From the human T2T-CHM13v2.0 reference genome, Homo sapiens: 64,000 bases of DNA. The notes under the pieces are model-generated. The model saw only the letters and a program-made list of their open reading frames with translations. It was not told where the DNA came from and searched no databases. The translations under genes were made by a program, and so were the position numbers. The stretch is from NCBI RefSeq assembly GCF_009914755.1, contig NC_060927.1; one strand, given 5' to 3'. Shown piece after piece: positions 56,180 to 64,000 of the stretch; the stretch's first letter is position 1, and each line of letters starts with the position of its first letter.

Positions 56180-56606
56180 CTAAGAAAAACAGAATACTAG
56201 TAGAGTACCTGCAATTTCATAAACTATGTTCCTCCACAGTAGAAAGACATTTACTGATTTTGCATTCTTCACACCGTACAAAGTACCTAAATGAGCATTG
56301 TTTGGGGTTATTAGTGTCACAGCTATTTTATCTTTGGAGAATGACCATGATTCAATCTTCCTATGCATTTTTTAGATTGAATCAGCAAAAATAGCCCTTC
56401 AACTATTAGACAAATGTTCTCTGTGAAGAAATGAAATAAAATCAGTTATCAATGTGAATCCATTGCCAAAAATACACTCACTATAAGCTAGCAGCTATCT
56501 GCAAAAATTAACGTTTCCTACACAAGCACTAAAGTTTGCTGATCATAAATATATGTAGAAAAAGAATGATTCCCTACCAAAACAGAATGTTTCTAAGTAA
56601 ATGTAC

Positions 56607-56609
<3 letters not shown>

Positions 56610-56644
<35 letters not shown>
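56610..56644. repeat. (TG)n microsatellite
   Basis: About 17 TG units, directly visible. Confidence 0.95.
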
Positions 56645-56647
<3 letters not shown>

Positions 56648-59273
56648 TATCCATACAACCATCCACTGAGCAGAGCAGTCTGCCATGGTAATACAGGAAC
56701 ACAAAGGTTAGCAAGAGGAAATAAAAATGAAAAGCTAGGTGAGGTAGCTAGCATAACAACTCTGGAGCTAGACTGCTTGCGTTCAAATCACCTAGTTTAT
56801 ATTATTAATAGTGTGACATTGAAGAGGTTACTTACCTTTTCTGTGGCTACCTGATAGTGGAGTGATAAGGATTAAATGAATTGATATTTGCAAAAACATT
56901 GTGTGGCACCAAAAAGGCAGTATATGCTATTTATTAATATTAATATTATTGAGTCAGTCTCAAATTTGCTACATGAACAATATATGCTGAGTGTCACTGG
57001 GAAAGGTAAACTCTTCAGAAATAATTTCTTTAATTAAACAGCAACATTAAGAATGTGATATTTTGATCAAAAATCCATTTAGTCCCACAATCTAACATTG
57101 ACATTTTAAAATATTAATGAATAATTATAGAGGAAGCTAATTTTGTGAGCTAGTATTTCATATTTTAATTATATTTTCTCAAATATTCCATTTTTGTTTA
57201 GGTTTAATACTTACATTTTAATAAAATCTAGTTTTTCTAAACAGTCTATTTAAACTGGGGGTGAAGCACTGCTGTATGGCTGTTTTTTGTCAGTTCAAAA
57301 GAACACACAATGATTTCTTTCTTTTCAAACTAGCATGGTGGCTGATGCATCCTTTGAGTAAATTTTATAATTCTTATTCTATTTAGGGGCCCATATTACC
57401 AGAAACCACCTGAAAGTATTATAAATAAATGAAACTGCAATACCTCCAAGGAACTCTACTGACCCAGGCAGGCTTTGAGCAGCTCATTAATTTGTCTGCT
57501 GTGAGCTAGAGAGATTTGGCACATGCAGTCTAAAGATAAATAATTTTTCACAAAATAAAATGAACCAAATTGATAACAATTTTACATGCCGTGTGAAGAC
57601 TAAGTTCACTTTGCAATTATTTTGTTTATAAGCCCATTTGTTCAGAAATGTAGAGGTCTTAAACTGGACTCAGGTAGACTACCAGAAGCCCATGAATCTT
57701 AACAAAAGCAATGAAGAAACAACAAAACAACTAATTCACTGAGATGATGGAGCTAACTGCAGGTGAGCAGAGAATATGTTACTAATTCAGGATACAGTGA
57801 AGACTTTTATAACCAAAAACATCATATTTGAAAATATTCATTGAATTAGCAAAAATATTAGTAAGCATTCTGTGAAGTTCACAAATTTCTGGCCACCGTA
57901 GAAGAATTAATGGGAAAAAATAATCTACTTTCTACCAAAATTGAGGTATTAAGGATTGACTCTTTGCAAAATACAGTAAAACCCCATAATAATGAGAATT
58001 GAAATGTAAGAGTCAATCGACTCCCAACCTTCCCCATCCCCTGATCTCATTTAATTAATCTCCCAACAGCAAAATCCTGCATTTTACGTAATTGAGTTTT
58101 TTAAGACTTCATTTAAGTTATAAGTTTATTGTATGACTGAAGGTTCAACATAGGTTAATGCTCTTTACTGTCCTTCTTCACCCTGTTTTGCTTCCTATTT
58201 GACAGAGCTGATAGAGAGAAATAGGAATTTCTCCCTACTCTAACCCTGTTTCCTATGGAGTTCACTTGACAGTTTTGTTTGTCATTGAACATCTGAGTCA
58301 CTTGCTGTCTCCAATACTGAATATTGTTCTTTCTACAGGCAACTGGTGCTAAAAGAAGAACTTAAGATAAAATGTGATTATTTTAATAATGACTCTACAT
58401 TTATATAATGCTGTCAATGTGCAGTAAAGAGCTTTTACACACACAATCTTAAATAATTCTTACAATAGTCTTGTAAATTTAGTGTTTTTATCCCTGCCTT
58501 GTAGATAGAAAAATTAATGTTGAGAGAGGTTAATTAAACATCACCATCAAAGTCACAAAACTGTAAGAGGCAGAACCAAAGATCAAATTTGGACCTTCTT
58601 GACTTCAAGTCCAAAGCACTTTCTTGTATAACTATTCTCTGGGCATTTTTCTTTATTTCTATTGAAAAATTAAAATGCTTACTTTTAAAACTGATAGGTG
58701 TTTTTAATTTCAATATAACTGAAACTCCTAAATCATTTCTTTACTTCAAATCAATTATTACAATTTAACTTATTTTATTATTCAAGATTAGACTCCATTC
58801 TCTTTTCCTTTATTTACTGTAGTTCTTTAGTCTCATCCAGAAGAGAAAAGACTCACTGGTCCTCACATTAAAGGACAACTAATTTCAGATAAACAAGTTG
58901 TAGAAACTAGTCATAGATCTATAAAATACCCATATTCTGACACTACCTATTTATCCTCAGACTTCCTGTAAGTTTTTTAGCAAAACTTTCCCTGTGAATG
59001 AAAATTTAAAACAAAGTCAGAAGGGGTAAACAATTATATTTCTTATGGCTATGATTCTCAACAACACCAAGTGTAAAATCAATGTATCATTTGCAAAAAT
59101 TCTAATATTGCTAAACCTTACTAGCTTATTTTTATCAAAGGGTTATATTTGTAACTAAATAAGTCAAAACTAAGATCTTTATAACTAAAACCAGAAGTCC
59201 CCCGCCTATACCCAGAATCACTCCCCAAAGTCAATAATGCCAATATTTCTAGATATTTCTTTTGAAATCGGTC

Positions 59274-59559
59274 TTTATATATATATTTGGAGATGGAGTC
59301 TTGCCCTGTCACCCAGGCTGGGGAGCAGGGACCTCACTGCAACCTCTGCTTACCGCGTTCAAGCAATTCTCCTGCCTCAGCCTCCCATGTAGCTGGGATT
59401 ACTGGCACACGCCACCATGCCCTGCTCATTTTGTATTTTAGTAGAAACAGGGTTTCACCATGTTGGCCAGGTTGGTCTCGAACTCCTGACCTCAGGTGAT
59501 CTGCCCACCTCGGCCTCCCAAAGTACTGGGATTACAGGTGTGAGCCACCGCACCCGGCC
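59274..59559 (-). mobile_element. AluS
   Basis: Reverse Alu with a (TA)-degenerate tail. Confidence 0.9.
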
Positions 59560-60569
59560 ATCTTTCTATTCCTAATTATTGTATTTATAATGCTATATTG
59601 TACACTTTAAAAATTATTGACTTCTTACTGTGTTAGATATTAAGTTAGATCTTTAACATAATAATAAGATCTTCTGGATCTGCAGATCTGCCTCTCTGCC
59701 TGTCCTCTCAGCATAATTATATCATCCAGTTTTTATGAAATATATGGTGTTTAAATTATTCCAAGTATGCGAATGTTGAACAATGCTGAATCCGTTGTAC
59801 ACTGTGATTGTGTTTCCTTTCTCACAGAACATTTTTTATGATTACTTGCTGACATTCCTACTCATTTGGTTAACTTTTAATGTACCTATCACAAATTCTT
59901 CCCAATGACTCTAATGGTCTCTCAAGTTCCACATAATCAAAGGCAACAGATAATCCATGAATTGTGCTTTTTTTCTCCCTACAAAAGTTCTCCTTCTTTC
60001 CTTCTGGTTGGGTTCTGGAACTGTATTCAGCTTTTGCTCTGACTTTACTCTGTCACTCTTGTGAAAGAGCTCTCAGGAAGTAAATTATTTATTTCCCTCA
60101 TGTGTTTTTGTGTGTGCTCTGGTGTATTTGTCTTTTATTCCACACACACATTTGTTTGACAGTTTTTGGCAGAAAATTCTAGGTTGAATCATTGCTCTCA
60201 CGATTTTTGGCTTCCAGAACTGCTGTTGAGAAATCTGATGCCATTCTGATTCCAGTCCTTTTCACAGGACCAGTTGTTGTTTGCTAATTAGTTTAGTTTA
60301 GTTTTCTCTTTTTACAAGCACTCAGGGTTCCACTTTATCCTTGGCACTGTGAAATTTCACTCTGATTTGCCTCTTTGTGGATCTTTATACTGAGGTTGGC
60401 CCTCGTTTGGGTTTGTCAGTCTAGAGAATCTTACCTTTCCATGCTAATAAATTTTTTGTATTATTTATTTGATAAGTTTCTCCCTTCTATTTTCTCTTAT
60501 TTTTTTCTATTTCTTTTTTGTTTGTTCTTCTCATGCTTTTAATTTCCAAGAGATTTTTTTTTTCTCTGA

Positions 60570-60907
<338 letters not shown>

Positions 60908-61184
60908 CTGTCATAGCATCTTGCTCTTGCTTTATGGCAACAATATTTGAATCATTCTGATAACATTAACAATAATTTTTAAAGTTTCCTCCTCCTTGCA
61001 TTACCTCTGTTTCCTCCAAGTTTATTGTCTCTATTTATTTGCTTTAGTAGTCTCTGTTCTTTATAGCAGAGGATTTCCTCAAACATTGGTAAGCCTTGGT
61101 TATTTAAAACCAATAACCTGGGAACTGAGTATTGGAAGAGGGCTATGGTTTTCACATCTCAATGCATAGATGGTCACTAACCCT

Positions 61185-61735
61185 TGCATTCATTCTCTAC
61201 TTCTGTGAAACAAACCACCCCATAACCTAGAAACTTAAAACAACGACTGTTTATTTGATAACAATTGTGTAGGGTGGCAAGTCAGACTGGGTTCAGTTGG
61301 ATGGTTATTCTGCTGTTCTCATTTAGAGTTCTTCATGTGACTACAGGCATCTGGTTACTTGCCAGATGGTACAAGATGGCCTCACCCACATGTCTGTGGT
61401 TGGTGCTGGCTGTTGGCTGGGCCTCTTTCTCTATGTAGTCTCTCATCCCCAAGGAAACTCACCTGGTTTCCTCACATGATAGTCCCACAGTTCCAACAGG
61501 GTGAGGATGAAATCTTCAAGACTCCCTGAGGCCTAGGCTCCAGAACCTGTACATCAGTCCTACCACAATTTATTAATCAAAGCAAGTCATTAAACTGGCA
61601 CAGATTGAAGAAGCAGGAAAATAGAATTCAATTCTTGGTGGAAGGAGTGGCAAAGGTGCATTGCAAAGACACATATGTACAGGAATATGGCAGTTATTAT
61701 AGCCATCTTCATAATCCCCATGTTTTCCATATAGT
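61185..61735 (-). mobile_element. MLT1-family LTR
   Basis: acaaaccaccccataacctagaaacttaaaacaac...caagatggcctcac...caaagcaagtca. Ends approximate. Confidence 0.7.
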
Positions 61736-61786
61736 ACCCACACTCAGCCGTGTGTGGCATCACTTAGTCAAATCCTCTTACCTCTT

Positions 61787-62075
<289 letters not shown>

Positions 62076-62660
62076 CCCCTTACCTCTTACATACAGTTTT
62101 ATGCCAGGGTAGAGAAGGGACAGTTGCCCTGCTACAAGGGTTGGAGGAGAAAATCTGAAGCCCTAACCATATCTTAAACAGACTTTCAACCAATGCTTGT
62201 TTTCAACCCCTCTTTTCCTCTTTTCAGGAATATCATGTAACTAACATCAATTTTTGAGCTTATCAGGGGCTTCCCCTGGGCAAATGGAGTTGCTTCGAGG
62301 CTTCTCACTCTATGAGATTGAATTTCAGTGCTCTGGGGTCTCCTTTAAATCAGACAAGTTTTAAAATTTTGTTGCTCCTCTCCTGTTCTCTTTGTATCTG
62401 TGGTTTTACAGAGGGGGATTGTCTTTACTGTATTTTGGGGTAATTTCAAGAGGGAGTGAAGAAACACCTCTAAATGAATGGTCAGTTCATATTCAACTGA
62501 ATAAGACAACCACGGTAACTATTAACCTCCTCAAACTAGCTACCTCTAATTCATCCTAAAACGAAACCACACATTTCACAGCATTTGAATAGACGATTTC
62601 ACAGAAAATGTTATCTGGGAAATATAGCCAATGCAGCAAAAATATTGCAAGATATAATTA

Positions 62661-63012
<352 letters not shown>

Positions 63013-63524
63013 AAGAAAAATGATACAGAAATTCAGGAAAACACCTCAAAGGAATGCTTTTATATGAGGAAGGTGCAAAAAAGATAAAGATACATTATCA
63101 CCAGAATGGGATAGTTACAAGCAAAAGAGACTATAATTATTTCTCATGAGAGAGAAGATTAGAATGATTAGAATGACCATAACTCTTACCAAACCATTCT
63201 GGATTCAATGAAGGGTAAGGAAGGGAGAGGGCACATATGATTCCTATAATTGGATCAGAATGATCAAAGAAACATTTTACCAGAAAGAATAAAGGGGCTA
63301 AAGATGCAATTTTCAGAGCTACTACACGGGTAATGTATAGATCTATATCAGATTACAATAAGGAGATGGCCCTGTAGCAGGGAAACAGGAAATCTCTGAA
63401 AATCCTCTTGGAATTAACTATCCACATGCATATTTCAGATGAAACATTTATATAAACAGAAACCTACTTTTGACTTACAATAAAGGTAGCCTTTGCTCTT
63501 AGATAACAGCTAGCAGAAAATTTT

Positions 63525-63807
63525 AAATTTTTTAAGTTATTTCATTTTAGAGACAGAGTCTTGCTCTGTGGCCCAGGCACAATCATAGCTCACTGCAGCC
63601 TGGAACTCCCAGGCTCAAGCAGTCCTCCCACCTCCACCCCGCAAGTAGCTGGGACTAAGGGCAAGCACCACCACACCCAACTAATTTTTGTTTAAGAGAA
63701 GGGGTCTCACTATATTGTTCAGACTGATCTTGAACTCCAGGGCTCAAGTGATCCTCCTGCCTGCCCCCGTAGCTGGGATTACAGGGGCAAACCACTGGGC
63801 CTGGCTA
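63525..63807 (-). mobile_element. AluJ with an internal deletion
   Basis: Diverged reverse Alu. Confidence 0.85.
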
Positions 63808-64000
63808 GGAGGATTTTCCAACTATATAAAGGCGCTTCAATGTTCCTGCCTTCTCTTCCTTCTTCCTCAATCCATAAGAAACAAAAAAATATAAAGAACA
63901 TAGGGGCTTGCTAAGAAAGGTTGCCAAGGGGATGGGAAAATGAAATCAAATTGTCACTCCAGAACCAAAACACTAAAAAGGATGGAACAAAAAAAACACT

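Overview
Primate (almost certainly human) genomic DNA from inside the phospholipase C eta-1 gene PLCH1, which runs on the minus strand. Six internal coding exons (94, 204, 121, 172, 108 and 162 nt; called A-F in transcript order) have canonical AG/GT ends and join in one frame. They encode the end of the EF-hand region, the catalytic X box (SSHNTY, DCWDG, HHGYT) and the acidic X-Y linker. Most of the intronic sequence is transposon-derived. The main structure is one Tigger1 DNA transposon (TA-flanked, 17359-36009) expanded to about 18.6 kb by nested insertions: three Alus, a full-length L1PB carrying a complete THE1D element that itself carries an Alu, and a full-length L1PA3 inserted inside the Tigger1 terminal inverted repeat. 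A very young, 5'-clipped L1HS-like element enters at the left edge. I found no evidence of a wholly new biological system. The best leads are regulatory hypotheses: an L1 antisense promoter with an extended ORF0 pointing into PLCH1, inverted L1 and Alu pairs bracketing frame-symmetric exons, and a cryptic donor 1 nt into exon E. Gene and repeat-family names come from recall of known sequences, not from database searches.
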